DNA of 64,000 nt from an uncultured Bacilli bacterium (GCA_947585595.1 CANPXB010000003.1:20301-84300); one strand, 5' to 3'; numbered from the stretch's first letter, positions 45,935 to 56,039 are shown. The notes: generated by a model not told the origin, from the letters alone. Translations and numbers: made by a program.

Positions 45935-48900
45935 ATGAATAAGAAGTATAAAATTGGTGTTGATATTGGTTCAACTACCGTTAAATTAGTCATAATGGAT
46001 CATCAAAATAAAATAATCCATAAAGCATATAAAAGACATTTATCTGATTCTAAAAAAACCATTATTGGTTTATTTAAAAATGCCTTAAAAAAGTTTGATA
46101 GTGATAGTAAATTTTCTTTAATTTTTACTGGTAGTGGTGCTATCTCTTTAGCCAAATATTTAAAAGTTCCTTTTATTCAAGAAGTTATTGCTTGTAAAAA
46201 TGCTATCACTACTTATGCTCCTTCAACTAATGTTGCTATTGAACTAGGTGGTGAAGATGCTAAAATCATTTATTTTGATCAAACTATTGAACAAAGAATG
46301 AATGGTTCTTGTGCTGGTGGTACTGGGGCTTTCTTAGACCAAATGGCTATCTTACTTAATACCACTACTTCTGGACTTAATGATTTAGCTAAAAAAGGTG
46401 ATACTATTTATCCAATCGCTTCTCGTTGTGGCGTATTTGCTAAAACGGATATTCAACCTTTATTAAATGAAGGATGTAAAAAAGAAGATGTCGCTTTATC
46501 TATCATGCAAGCTGTTGTTAATCAAACTATTAGTGGCTTAGCTTGTGGTAAACCAATTAAAGGTAATGTTATCTTCTTAGGTGGTCCATTAAACTATCTA
46601 TCGGTTTTAAAAGAACGCTTTATTAAAACATTAAACCTAACTAAAAATGAAGTAATCGCCCCTAAAGATGCTAATCTTTTCGTTTGTATGGGTGCTTGCT
46701 TAGATAATAGTAAAAGAAAATATTATTCTAAAGAAGATATCTTATCTTTACTTAAAGACTTAAAAGCTTTTAAAGAAGAAACATCTAGTAGCTTAGAACC
46801 TCTATTTAAAAATGATAAAGATTATCACTCTTTCTTAGAAAGACATAGTAAATATAAAGTAAAAAGAAAAGATATAACTAAATATAAAGGTGATGCCTTC
46901 CTAGGTATTGATGCTGGTTCAACTACTGCTAAATTAGTTTTGATTGATAAAGATGGTAACTTATTATATGAAGATTATCAAAGTAATAAAGGAACACCAG
47001 TTGATACTTTAAAAGATATGTTATGTAAATTATATCAAGTATTAAATAAAGATATTATTATCCGTAATGCTGGTTCTACTGGTTATGGTGAAATGTTAAT
47101 TAAAACCGCTTTTAACTTAGATATATCTGAAGTTGAAACTATCTCCCACTTTGAAGCGGCTAATTACTTCTTACCAGGTGTTGAAAGTATTATCGATATT
47201 GGTGGTCAAGATATGAAATATATCAAGATTAAAGATAACTCCGTAAATAGTATCATGCTTAATGAAGCCTGTTCATCTGGTTGTGGTTCATTTATTGAAA
47301 CTCTAGCTAAATCATTAGGTATGGATGTTAATGACTTTGTTCATCTAGCTATAACTTCTAAAAGTCCCATTGACTTAGGTTCTCGTTGTACCGTATTCAT
47401 GAATTCTAAAATTAAACAAACCCAAAAAGAAGGTCGACCTTTAGCCGATATCTTTGCTGGTTTAGCCTATTCTGTAATTAAAAATGCTATTACTAAAGTT
47501 ATGAAAATAAGAGATATTAGTACTTTAGGTAATAAAATAGTTGTTCAAGGTGGTACTTTCTTAAATGATGCCGTCTTAAGAGCTTTTGAAATCATAACTG
47601 GTAAAGAAGTTATAAGACCTGATATATCTGGTTTAATGGGTGCTTATGGTATTGCTTTAATTGCTTTAAATAATTACAAAGCTTATGAAGATAAAGATGT
47701 TGTTAGTTCTATTCTTACTTTAGATCAAATCAATAACTTAAAAATAAGAACTAATCATACTAGATGCCAAGGTTGTGAAAACCATTGTGCTTTAACTATC
47801 AATATGTTTGATAAAAAAGTCTTTATCTCTGGTAATCGTTGTGAAAAAGGTTCCGGTAATAATGGTAGTACTAATATGTTACCTAATATGTATGCTTGGA
47901 AATATGATCGTTTATTTAACTATGAACCATTAGAAAATCCAAAAAGAGGATTAATTGGTATTCCTCGTGTCTTAAATATGTATGAAGATTATCCACTATG
48001 GTTTACTATCTTTACTAACTTAGGTTTTAAAGTTGTTCTTTCCGATAACTCAAGTCGTAGTTTATATGAATCAGGTATTGAATCAATGCCAAGTGAATCA
48101 GTATGTTACCCCGCTAAATTAGTTCATGGCCATATTCTTAATTTAATTAAAAAAGGTGTTAAAACTATTTTCTATCCATGTATAATGTATGAACAAGATG
48201 AATTTGCTTCTTCTGATAATCACTATAATTGTCCTATTGTTCAAAGTTATTCAGAATCTATTAAATTAAACGTCGAAGACTTAGAAAAAAATAAAATAAA
48301 ATATTTAAATCCTTTCTTACCTTTAGAAGAAGATAAACTGGTTAAAAGATTTATGGAATTACCTGAGTTTAAAGAATATCATTTTACTTTAAAAGAAGTA
48401 AAAAATGCTATTCATGAAGGATTCTTAGAACTAAGTAATTATAAAAATGAAGTAAGAGCTAAAGGTGAAGAATTTATTAAATTCGTTAATGATCATAATG
48501 AAAAAGCTATTGTCTTAGCTGGTCGTCCATATCATTTAGATAAAGAAGTTAACCATGGTATAGATACGATGATAAATAGTTTAGGTTTAGCTGTTCTTAC
48601 TGAAGATTCTATCTGTCATTTAAGTCGTATTAAATCTAAATTAAGAGTTGTTGACCAATGGTCATATCATTCACGTGTTTATAATGCTGCTGATGTAGTT
48701 AGTCAGTATCCTAATCTAGAATTAGTCGAACTTAATTCCTTTGGCTGTGGTTTAGATGCCATTGTTACCGATCAAACTGAAGAAATCTTAAAAGCTAATA
48801 ATCGTTTATATACCACAATTAAAATAGATGAAATAAATAATTTAGGTGCTGTTAAAATCCGTATTAGATCATTAATAGCCTCGATGAATAAACGTCTTAA

Positions 48901-50155
48901 TGATAACAATTATCATCCTTACTCATATACCAAAAACTATTTTAAAAAAGAACAAAAAAATAATACAATTTTATTCCCTGATATGTCACCTAATCACATG
49001 CCTATCTTTGAAAGTTTATTAAGAAGTGAAGGCTATAATGCGGTATATCTAAGTAAGACAACTGATAAAACTGTTGAAACTGGTTTAAAATATGTTAATA
49101 ATGATGCTTGTTATCCCGCTATTATTGTTATTGGTGAACTAATATCAGCATTACAAAGTGGTAAATATGATTTAGATAAAACAACAGTTATGATTACTCA
49201 AACTGGTGGTGGATGTCGTGCTACTAATTATATTGGTTTAATTAGAAAAGCTTTAAAAGACGCCGGTTTAGAAAAAGTATCAATTATCTCTTTAAATGCT
49301 TCTGGTCTCGAAAAAGAACAAGCCTTTAAATTTAATTTATCTTTTATTAACAAAGCTGCTCAAGCTGTTGTCTATGGTGATTTACTAGCTAAAATGTTAT
49401 ATGCCTCTCGTCCATATGAAGTTAAAAAAGGTAGTAGTGAAAAACTATATCATAAATGGTTAAAAATCGTTTGTAAATCTATTCAAAATGGTAATATTAT
49501 TGAATATAAACGTAATATTAAAAATATAATTAATGATTTTAAAAACTTAGAAGTCAAAGTAACTAATAAACCTAAAGTAGGTATAGTTGGAGAAATCTTA
49601 GTTAAATATCATAACTTTGCTAATGATAATTTAGTCTTAAAGTTAGAAAATGAAGGTGCTGAAGTCTTTGCTCCTGACTTAATGGGCTTTGTTAAATACT
49701 GTGTCTATAATGGTATTGTTAAAGAAAAATTATTAAAACTAAGTAAGTTTGGTTCTTTCGTTCGTAAGAAATTATTACAAATAATTGATTTATATGAAAA
49801 ACCAGTTAAAAAAGAATTAAAAGATACGCGATATCGTTCTACTACTGATATTTATAAATTAGCTAGTAATGTCGAAGGTATCATATCTACTGGTAATCAA
49901 ACTGGTGAAGGTTGGTTCCTAACCGCTGAAATGGTTGAATTAATTAAAGATGGTATTCCAAATATCGTTTGTGTCCAACCATTCGCCTGTCTGCCTAATC
50001 ATATAGTTGGTAAAAGTGTTATTAAGAAAATTAGATCATTATACAAAGATTCTAATATCGTTGCTATCGATTATGATCCCGGAGCTAGTCATACTAACCA
50101 AGTTAATCGTCTTAAATTAATGCTTACGGTTGCTAAAGAAAATATTAAGAAATAA
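45935..50155 (+). CDS. Acyl-CoA dehydratase activase-related fusion protein (two BadF/BadG/BcrA/BcrD ATPase domains plus DUF2229-type domains)
   Basis: Two actin-fold ATPase starts (GVDIGSTTVKLV, GIDAGSTTAKLV). Cys cluster CQGCENHC...GNRCEKG. A long C-terminal region is typical of the ~1400-aa CoA-enzyme-activase fusions of Clostridia. Confidence 0.8.
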   Translation: MNKKYKIGVDIGSTTVKLVIMDHQNKIIHKAYKRHLSDSKKTIIGLFKNALKKFDSDSKFSLIFTGSGAISLAKYLKVPFIQEVIACKNAITTYAPSTNVAIELGGEDAKIIYFDQTIEQRMNGSCAGGTGAFLDQMAILLNTTTSGLNDLAKKGDTIYPIASRCGVFAKTDIQPLLNEGCKKEDVALSIMQAVVNQTISGLACGKPIKGNVIFLGGPLNYLSVLKERFIKTLNLTKNEVIAPKDANLFVCMGACLDNSKRKYYSKEDILSLLKDLKAFKEETSSSLEPLFKNDKDYHSFLERHSKYKVKRKDITKYKGDAFLGIDAGSTTAKLVLIDKDGNLLYEDYQSNKGTPVDTLKDMLCKLYQVLNKDIIIRNAGSTGYGEMLIKTAFNLDISEVETISHFEAANYFLPGVESIIDIGGQDMKYIKIKDNSVNSIMLNEACSSGCGSFIETLAKSLGMDVNDFVHLAITSKSPIDLGSRCTVFMNSKIKQTQKEGRPLADIFAGLAYSVIKNAITKVMKIRDISTLGNKIVVQGGTFLNDAVLRAFEIITGKEVIRPDISGLMGAYGIALIALNNYKAYEDKDVVSSILTLDQINNLKIRTNHTRCQGCENHCALTINMFDKKVFISGNRCEKGSGNNGSTNMLPNMYAWKYDRLFNYEPLENPKRGLIGIPRVLNMYEDYPLWFTIFTNLGFKVVLSDNSSRSLYESGIESMPSESVCYPAKLVHGHILNLIKKGVKTIFYPCIMYEQDEFASSDNHYNCPIVQSYSESIKLNVEDLEKNKIKYLNPFLPLEEDKLVKRFMELPEFKEYHFTLKEVKNAIHEGFLELSNYKNEVRAKGEEFIKFVNDHNEKAIVLAGRPYHLDKEVNHGIDTMINSLGLAVLTEDSICHLSRIKSKLRVVDQWSYHSRVYNAADVVSQYPNLELVELNSFGCGLDAIVTDQTEEILKANNRLYTTIKIDEINNLGAVKIRIRSLIASMNKRLNDNNYHPYSYTKNYFKKEQKNNTILFPDMSPNHMPIFESLLRSEGYNAVYLSKTTDKTVETGLKYVNNDACYPAIIVIGELISALQSGKYDLDKTTVMITQTGGGCRATNYIGLIRKALKDAGLEKVSIISLNASGLEKEQAFKFNLSFINKAAQAVVYGDLLAKMLYASRPYEVKKGSSEKLYHKWLKIVCKSIQNGNIIEYKRNIKNIINDFKNLEVKVTNKPKVGIVGEILVKYHNFANDNLVLKLENEGAEVFAPDLMGFVKYCVYNGIVKEKLLKLSKFGSFVRKKLLQIIDLYEKPVKKELKDTRYRSTTDIYKLASNVEGIISTGNQTGEGWFLTAEMVELIKDGIPNIVCVQPFACLPNHIVGKSVIKKIRSLYKDSNIVAIDYDPGASHTNQVNRLKLMLTVAKENIKK

Positions 50156-50173
50156 CTCTTAATATTTTTTCTT
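50139..50173. repeat. 35-bp direct repeat, copy 1 (AAAATATTAAGAAATAACTCTTAATATTTTTTCTT); putative attL
   Basis: Contains the last codons and stop of the activase gene plus its terminator hairpin AATATTAAGA / TCTTAATATT. Identical to 56771-56805. Confidence 0.9.
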
Positions 50174-50210
50174 GTATAAAAATAAAGGCAAATCATATCA
50201 TTTTGAATCA

Positions 50211-50227
50211 TTCACAAAATTTGTGAA
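50211..50227. repeat. Perfect palindrome TTCACAAA-A-TTTGTGAA
   Basis: 8-1-8 inverted repeat about 40 bp inside the left island boundary. Confidence 0.8.
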
Positions 50228-50290
50228 CCATAAAGTAAATATTATATTCCCAATTTTTGAGAGTGACATTATATTAGAGTTAATCTAAAA

Positions 50291-50328
50291 TTGAACTAGA
50301 AATTATAAATTGAACTAGAAATTATAAA
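50291..50328 (+). repeat. Perfect tandem duplication of the 19-mer TTGAACTAGAAATTATAAA
   Basis: Copies lie at 50291-50309 and 50310-50328, ending 5 nt before RBS GAAAGGAGG of the 50346 gene. Confidence 0.9.
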
Positions 50329-50345
50329 AAGAAAGGAGGTTTATC

Positions 50346-50795
50346 ATGAAAAAAAGTAAAAAAATAATGTTTGCTCTAATATCCATAGTTGCATCATTAT
50401 CTATCGTGTATGCTTCTGTTAATGCAACATATTTGATAAATAGAACAGGAACACTATCTAATGTAGTTAACGGAAATACGACAAGTAGAAACAAAATTGA
50501 AGGTGAAGCAACATTCAAAACTCCAGTGATGGCACAAATGAGAGATGTCAACAGTGTTACTGGGAAAAACTCTGAGGGTGGAATAAGAGTAAAAACAATT
50601 GCTAAAAAAACCAATCTAGGAATTGTGACAAGCACAAAGGAAATGTATATACCAGTGCACCAAACAACAACCAATTCTATAACTGCAACATTTACTTATA
50701 ATACAAGTAGTAACAAATTAAAAATTACATGGGAAGATTGGACAGGAAACACAAGCTTTAATGCAAAGTTCGTAGCTTATAACATGAATGATTAA
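50346..50795 (+). CDS. Small secreted Thr/Asn-rich protein, function unknown
   Basis: Strong RBS GAAAGGAGG. Signal peptide ending SIVYA-SV. Beta-rich mature part. Confidence 0.6.
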   Translation: MKKSKKIMFALISIVASLSIVYASVNATYLINRTGTLSNVVNGNTTSRNKIEGEATFKTPVMAQMRDVNSVTGKNSEGGIRVKTIAKKTNLGIVTSTKEMYIPVHQTTTNSITATFTYNTSSNKLKITWEDWTGNTSFNAKFVAYNMND

Positions 50796-50833
50796 TTAAG
50801 AACAGTGCTTTTAAGTAAGCATTGTTCTTAATT
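50794..50833 (+). terminator. Long-stem hairpin terminator
   Basis: 17-bp stem AATTAAGAACAGTGCTT / AAGCATTGTTCTTAATT with one G-U pair. The downstream U-tract is weak. Confidence 0.6.
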
Positions 50834-50874
50834 ATTATTATGTAAATAAACAATAGAATACGAGGTAATAAAAA

Positions 50875-51726
50875 TTGAAAAAATTTTTAATAATATTAAG
50901 TTATTTTATAATACTAATTTTAACCAACTTTTTAGTTAGGAATGAATATGATAAAATTCAAAACGATACTTCAGCTTTAATTATATATGGGGAAGAAAAT
51001 CATCAAGATTTATTAGAAAACACAAAAGGTATATCATCTTTTCGTCGTTCTCTATCTTTTTCTTCAGGACAAGATAATGATATTATATATACTCCAGAAC
51101 TTGTAAATAATTCAGACGGGAGTACGTCCTATAAAGAAAACCATGATGATGAAAAATTAAATTGGAATTATTTTTATGATAATGATAATAAAAAAATAAT
51201 TCTTACTTATAAAGCATCAACTTGTAACATGGATTTAGCTAAAGATGAAGTAGCAATTTTATTATATGAACAAAATTATAATAAAGAGAAATTACCTAAT
51301 TTTTTAAATAAAGAAATAACATTTAAGTATAATGAAAAATTAATACCTTTAAAAATTAAACAAATAACAAATTTAACAATTTATCCACATATTTGCATAT
51401 CAGATGAATTATATGATGAATTAATAAAAACCGAAAAAAGTTTTATATATGATATAGAATGTGATAACTATAACGCTTATAAAAAAATAAAATATAACTG
51501 GCAAGATTTAGAAAATAATAGTTATTATGAAATTTCAAATCCCGCAGTCAATTTAACAGTCGAAATATCAAATAAAATAAGCTTTTTAGGAGATTTGATA
51601 GAATATATTCAAATCTTAAACATAGTGTCAGTAATTATTATTTTTGTTTTATTTGTAAACATGATTATAAAATCATTACAAAGGCGCCTAAATAAAGAAA
51701 TAGGAGATACAACATGGGAAAAATAA
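50875..51726 (+). CDS. Truncated FtsX/MacB-type permease paralogue (TM1, periplasmic-type domain and TM2 only)
   Basis: TTG start after RBS CGAGGTA. Collinear with the first ~285 aa of 53640-54758 (KLNWN, FKYN, ICISD, FIYDIE, W..LENN). It ends at RRLNKEIG, where FtsX proteins carry the REIGxLKxxG helix. Confidence 0.5.
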   Translation: MKKFLIILSYFIILILTNFLVRNEYDKIQNDTSALIIYGEENHQDLLENTKGISSFRRSLSFSSGQDNDIIYTPELVNNSDGSTSYKENHDDEKLNWNYFYDNDNKKIILTYKASTCNMDLAKDEVAILLYEQNYNKEKLPNFLNKEITFKYNEKLIPLKIKQITNLTIYPHICISDELYDELIKTEKSFIYDIECDNYNAYKKIKYNWQDLENNSYYEISNPAVNLTVEISNKISFLGDLIEYIQILNIVSVIIIFVLFVNMIIKSLQRRLNKEIGDTTWEK

Positions 51727-52400
51727 TAGAATTAAAAAATATTAAGAAAGAATATAAAACTAATAAGGAAAAAATAGAGGTTTTAAAAGGTATAAATTAT
51801 ACATTTGAAAAGGGAAAACTTTATGCAATAAAAGGACATAGTGGTAGCGGTAAAACCACATTAGTTCAAATATTAGGCTTAATGACTAACGCAACAACAG
51901 GAGAATATTTAATATATAATAAAAATACAAATAAATTAACAGATAAAGAAGCATCCTTTTATCGAATGAAATATATTGGTTTTGTTTTTCAGGACTATAA
52001 TTTAAATCCCTACCTAAAAGCATTTGAAAATGTAACACTACCAATGTTAATAAATAAAGAAATACCCGCATCAGAAAGAAAAAATCACGCTTATGAATTA
52101 TTAGAACTCGTAGATTTGTTTGAACGTAAAGAACACTTCCCTAAAGAACTATCCGGCGGTGAACAACAGCGTATTGCTATAGCAAGATCATTAGCCAATA
52201 ATCCTGATATTATAATTGCCGATGAACCAACTGGTAATTTAGATAAAAAAAACGAAAAGATAATTTTTAGTTTATTGAAAACACTATCTCAAAACGATAA
52301 ATGTGTTATAGTTGTTAGTCATAGTGATGAAATTACTTCATATGCAGATGTTAATCTATTACTAGAAGACGGTTTATTAAAAGAGGTAAAAAAATGCTAA
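51714..52400 (+). CDS. ABC transporter ATP-binding protein (MacB/LolD/FtsE type)
   Basis: Walker A GHSGSGKTT, Q-loop, signature LSGGEQQR, Walker B IIIADEPTGNLD. 13-nt overlap with the upstream gene. Confidence 0.9.
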   Translation: MGKIIELKNIKKEYKTNKEKIEVLKGINYTFEKGKLYAIKGHSGSGKTTLVQILGLMTNATTGEYLIYNKNTNKLTDKEASFYRMKYIGFVFQDYNLNPYLKAFENVTLPMLINKEIPASERKNHAYELLELVDLFERKEHFPKELSGGEQQRIAIARSLANNPDIIIADEPTGNLDKKNEKIIFSLLKTLSQNDKCVIVVSHSDEITSYADVNLLLEDGLLKEVKKC

Positions 52401-53638
52401 AAGAATTTATCAAATACTCTCTTAAAGAAATAAAGAGAAATAAAAAAAATAAAATATTAATTATTATTTTCTCTTTATTATTTTTTCTATTATTTATTGA
52501 TATCATTATTATTAAAAATTTTTACGATTATTATGATTACGCTATTAATACAAATATTGGTTTTAGAACCTTAAATGTGTATTATAATTCTAATACTAAA
52601 AAAGAAGCTATAGCAGAATTAGAAAGTATTGAACATGTTAGTGAAGTCTATGAAGGTATATACAAAGAAACTGCCGTTCAAACAGATATAACAGACAATG
52701 GTTCAAATGGTTGGATAGGATTTATTTACGGAAGTAAAAATACTGCTCCAATCTCCATTAAAGGGAAAAATATAGATGAATTATTACCAGGAGAAATTAT
52801 ATGCCCATACGAATTTTATCCTGATTCTAACTACGACAATCCACTAAATATTGATGAAAGCAAATTTTTATCTGAAAAAGAAACTTTAAATAGGAATATA
52901 ATTGTAAAATATAATTCATACAAGTCCAACATTGTAAATGGTGAACTTATTGAAGATCAAGAAGAGCAAGTTAAAAACATGAAAATAGTTGGATTGTATG
53001 ATGAAAGTATTTTTAAAAATGGTATAAATGTATGTTATGCTACTTTTACTGATATAAAAGATATAGTCGACGCTTATAATCCTCCGATAGAAGACAGTAG
53101 CTATTACCCACTTCACATTGTTGTTGATGAAGAAAAAAATGTTAAAGAAGTTTATAAAAATATTCAACGCCTAAAGAAATATGAAATTAACGAAGAAACT
53201 ATCGCCTGTTTAGATAAAGGGTTTGTAAGTGTATTATTTTCAGTAACCCTTATCTTTGCTATGACAATAATAATTTCCTTTTTAATTATATTGAAAAATT
53301 ATATAACTAAAAAAATAAAAAGTGAATCCAAAAACTTAGGAATATTGAGAGCATGTGGTTATACAGAAAACCAGGTAATCATAAAAGAAGTTTTAGAAAA
53401 TAGTATTGTTCAATTGATTAGTTTCATAATAAGTGCTTCTTTATTTTCGACATTATTTTTACTTTTAGAAGAAAGGATATTTAAATACTTTAAATATATA
53501 GGATTTAACATTAATAATAATTTGGCTACTTTAATTATAACTTTTGTATTCATTCTAATTATTTCAGAAATAATAAATTATTATTCAGTTAGAAAAAAAA
53601 TAAATAATCTGATATCTAATATATTAAAGGAAGATTAA
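52394..53638 (+). CDS. FtsX-family ABC permease
   Basis: TM1, then a ~250-aa extracytoplasmic domain, then three TM helices with KNLGILRACGY. 7-nt overlap with the ATPase gene. Confidence 0.75.
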   Translation: MLKEFIKYSLKEIKRNKKNKILIIIFSLLFFLLFIDIIIIKNFYDYYDYAINTNIGFRTLNVYYNSNTKKEAIAELESIEHVSEVYEGIYKETAVQTDITDNGSNGWIGFIYGSKNTAPISIKGKNIDELLPGEIICPYEFYPDSNYDNPLNIDESKFLSEKETLNRNIIVKYNSYKSNIVNGELIEDQEEQVKNMKIVGLYDESIFKNGINVCYATFTDIKDIVDAYNPPIEDSSYYPLHIVVDEEKNVKEVYKNIQRLKKYEINEETIACLDKGFVSVLFSVTLIFAMTIIISFLIILKNYITKKIKSESKNLGILRACGYTENQVIIKEVLENSIVQLISFIISASLFSTLFLLLEERIFKYFKYIGFNINNNLATLIITFVFILIISEIINYYSVRKKINNLISNILKED

Positions 53639-53639
53639 A

Positions 53640-54758
53640 ATGATTTTATTAAAAAGCTTTCTTAGAAAGAAAAAAACAAATATTTATCTTAAAATATTTA
53701 CTACAATAACTATTATTATATTATTGTTAAATAGTATAAGTAGTTATATTACTTATGAACAAGATAAATTAAATCATGATACAACATCTTTAGTATTATT
53801 CGCTAAAGAAAATCATGATGATATGTTGGAAAAAGAAGATAAAATAAAATCTTATAGAAATGCTTTAGGCTTTGAAATAGGTATAGATAATGACATAATC
53901 TATAATCCAAATATTATAATGAATGGTACTTCTGTAGAATACGAAGACATAATAGATGAAACAAAACTCAATTGGAATTCTTTATTATATAATAATGTCA
54001 TATTGACTTTTTCATCAAAATCTTGTGGAACATCTTTGAATGATAATGAAACTATACTATATCTTTCCAAAGAAAATTATAATGAAAATTATCTAAATAA
54101 ATATTTAAATCAGAAAATAAATTTTAAATATAATAATCAAGAAATATCACTAATTATAAAAAATATTTTAGAGCCAAAAACATTTAATTATATATGTATT
54201 TCTGATAAATTATTTAATAATCTTGTTAAGGAAAATCAAAAATTTATTTATGATATAGAAACAAAAGACTATAAAGCTTTAGAAAATCTTAAGAAAAAAT
54301 GGGCAAATTTAGAAAATAATGACTTTTTCAATATCGAAACTCAAACTTTTTATAAAACAACAGAATCTAATGATAGAATTAATATATTAAACAAAATGGC
54401 TAATATACTTATCATCGCTAATTTTATTTCTTTATTTATCTATTTTTTAATATTAATATTTGTTTCAACAGACTTAATATCTGATGAAGAAAATAATATG
54501 ATATTACTTAAACAAATTGGTTATAACAAATTACAGAATATGTTTAACTTATTAAAGAATGTATTTGTTTTAAATATTATTTCATTATCACTTTCTTTAA
54601 TAATTTATAAATTTATTATATTTATCTTAAATATAATGTTTAAGATAAATTTAAACGTGCTAAATTATAAATTCATATTTTTATATTTGAGTTTTGTTAT
54701 TATAGTCGAATATATAGTTTTAATAATATACACTAAAAATATTGATGATTTAAATTAA
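53640..54758 (+). CDS. FtsX-family ABC permease, second type (full-length paralogue of 50875-51726)
   Basis: TM1, extracytoplasmic domain, three TM helices with LLKQIGYNKLQ. The start lies 1 nt after the upstream stop. Confidence 0.7.
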   Translation: MILLKSFLRKKKTNIYLKIFTTITIIILLLNSISSYITYEQDKLNHDTTSLVLFAKENHDDMLEKEDKIKSYRNALGFEIGIDNDIIYNPNIIMNGTSVEYEDIIDETKLNWNSLLYNNVILTFSSKSCGTSLNDNETILYLSKENYNENYLNKYLNQKINFKYNNQEISLIIKNILEPKTFNYICISDKLFNNLVKENQKFIYDIETKDYKALENLKKKWANLENNDFFNIETQTFYKTTESNDRINILNKMANILIIANFISLFIYFLILIFVSTDLISDEENNMILLKQIGYNKLQNMFNLLKNVFVLNIISLSLSLIIYKFIIFILNIMFKINLNVLNYKFIFLYLSFVIIVEYIVLIIYTKNIDDLN

Positions 54759-54875
54759 ACATATTTAATAAATAATTTTACTTTTTCTCTGTTTATTTGT
54801 TACAACTACAAAAGTTAAAAGCGATAATCTTTAATAATATTTATTTGTGTGATAGACTATACTTGGTGGTAGTTT

Positions 54876-55970
54876 ATGAGTGATGAAAAAAGAGGAAAAT
54901 TTTTACAAGAATTAAGATTAGAAAAAAAACTAACTCAAAAGCAACTAAGTGAGATATTACATTACTCTGATAACGCTGTCTCAAATTGGGAAAAAGGGAA
55001 AACCTTGCCAAACAATCCAGAGACTTTAATGAAATTATGTGGACTATATGATGTAAGTATCGAAGAATTGTTGTATGGAGAGAAAAAAAACAAAAATAAT
55101 TCCAAAAATATTTCTGATAATATGGAAAACATTTATAAAAAGAACTATAAAAAAATAAAAAAAGCTTTAAGTCTTTCTGCAATACTATTTTTAATAATAA
55201 TAATTATTTCTTTACTTTCTATATATTTCATATTTATTAAAGGAAAAATTTTATCATATACGATCCAAGGAGATAGTGAGCATTTTATAATTGATAAGTC
55301 TACAATATTATTTACTGAAAATATTGATATACTAAATTTTAATAAGATTATTTCAAAAAATGGCGAAGAAATAAACTATATAAAACTATATTATAAAATT
55401 GATGATAAAGAATATCTAATATTTCAAGGCCCAAATGATAACTACTATATCGAGGAACCAAAAGGCTATAATGAATATAATTTAGATTCTCTTAAAAACA
55501 ACGAAATCTTTATAGAGATTAGCTATAATGAATCTTCACAAGAAACAATAAACTTGACTTTATCTCAAAGATATATAAATGATGATATTTTTATTCATAA
55601 AAAAGAAGAAATTTATGACGATAGTATTTCAAAAAATAAAAGAACTACAAATAATGACTTTATAGAATTTTTATTAAATGAAGGCTTTACTTTGAAAGAT
55701 GGAGAATATGAAAAACAGTCTGAAAAAGTAAGAATTGTATTTGATTCACAAAGCAATATAATATATTTGTTTAATCAATCAAAAAGTATTTATGAGAAAT
55801 TAGAATTAGATATAAGTAGAAATAATATCTTTTATGAATTTCTTGATGAAAACAACGATAATTATATTTCAGAAATATATCCATTAGATGGCAAGGAACT
55901 AAAAATCTGCAAAATTGAATTTATTACAGAAAATATAGAATATTTATTGTATTTAAAATCTAAGTTTTAA
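54876..55970 (+). CDS. Membrane-tethered XRE-family transcriptional regulator
   Basis: HTH (KLTQKQLSEILHYSDNAVSNWEKGKTLPN), one TM helix (LSLSAILFLIIIIISLLSIYFIFI) and a ~230-aa extracytoplasmic domain. Confidence 0.75.
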   Translation: MSDEKRGKFLQELRLEKKLTQKQLSEILHYSDNAVSNWEKGKTLPNNPETLMKLCGLYDVSIEELLYGEKKNKNNSKNISDNMENIYKKNYKKIKKALSLSAILFLIIIIISLLSIYFIFIKGKILSYTIQGDSEHFIIDKSTILFTENIDILNFNKIISKNGEEINYIKLYYKIDDKEYLIFQGPNDNYYIEEPKGYNEYNLDSLKNNEIFIEISYNESSQETINLTLSQRYINDDIFIHKKEEIYDDSISKNKRTTNNDFIEFLLNEGFTLKDGEYEKQSEKVRIVFDSQSNIIYLFNQSKSIYEKLELDISRNNIFYEFLDENNDNYISEIYPLDGKELKICKIEFITENIEYLLYLKSKF

Positions 55971-56039
55971 TCATTCTCATTTTTTGAGAGTGATTTTTTC
56001 GACTTTTCCTGTTATCCTTTTTTCTAAGAAAGGAGAATT

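Noticed and set aside
50315-50674. 119-aa minus-strand ORF overlapping the first island gene
   Set aside because: The plus-strand ORF has a near-perfect RBS, a signal peptide and its own terminator. The minus-strand ORF has none of these.
51886-53167. Minus-strand ORFs 51886-52071 and 52916-53167
   Set aside because: They are antisense to the ABC ATPase and FtsX permease genes and are chance frames.
54874-55182. 102-aa minus-strand ORF opposite the XRE-TM regulator start
   Set aside because: The plus strand encodes a textbook XRE helix-turn-helix. The antisense frame is Phe/Leu-rich with no RBS.
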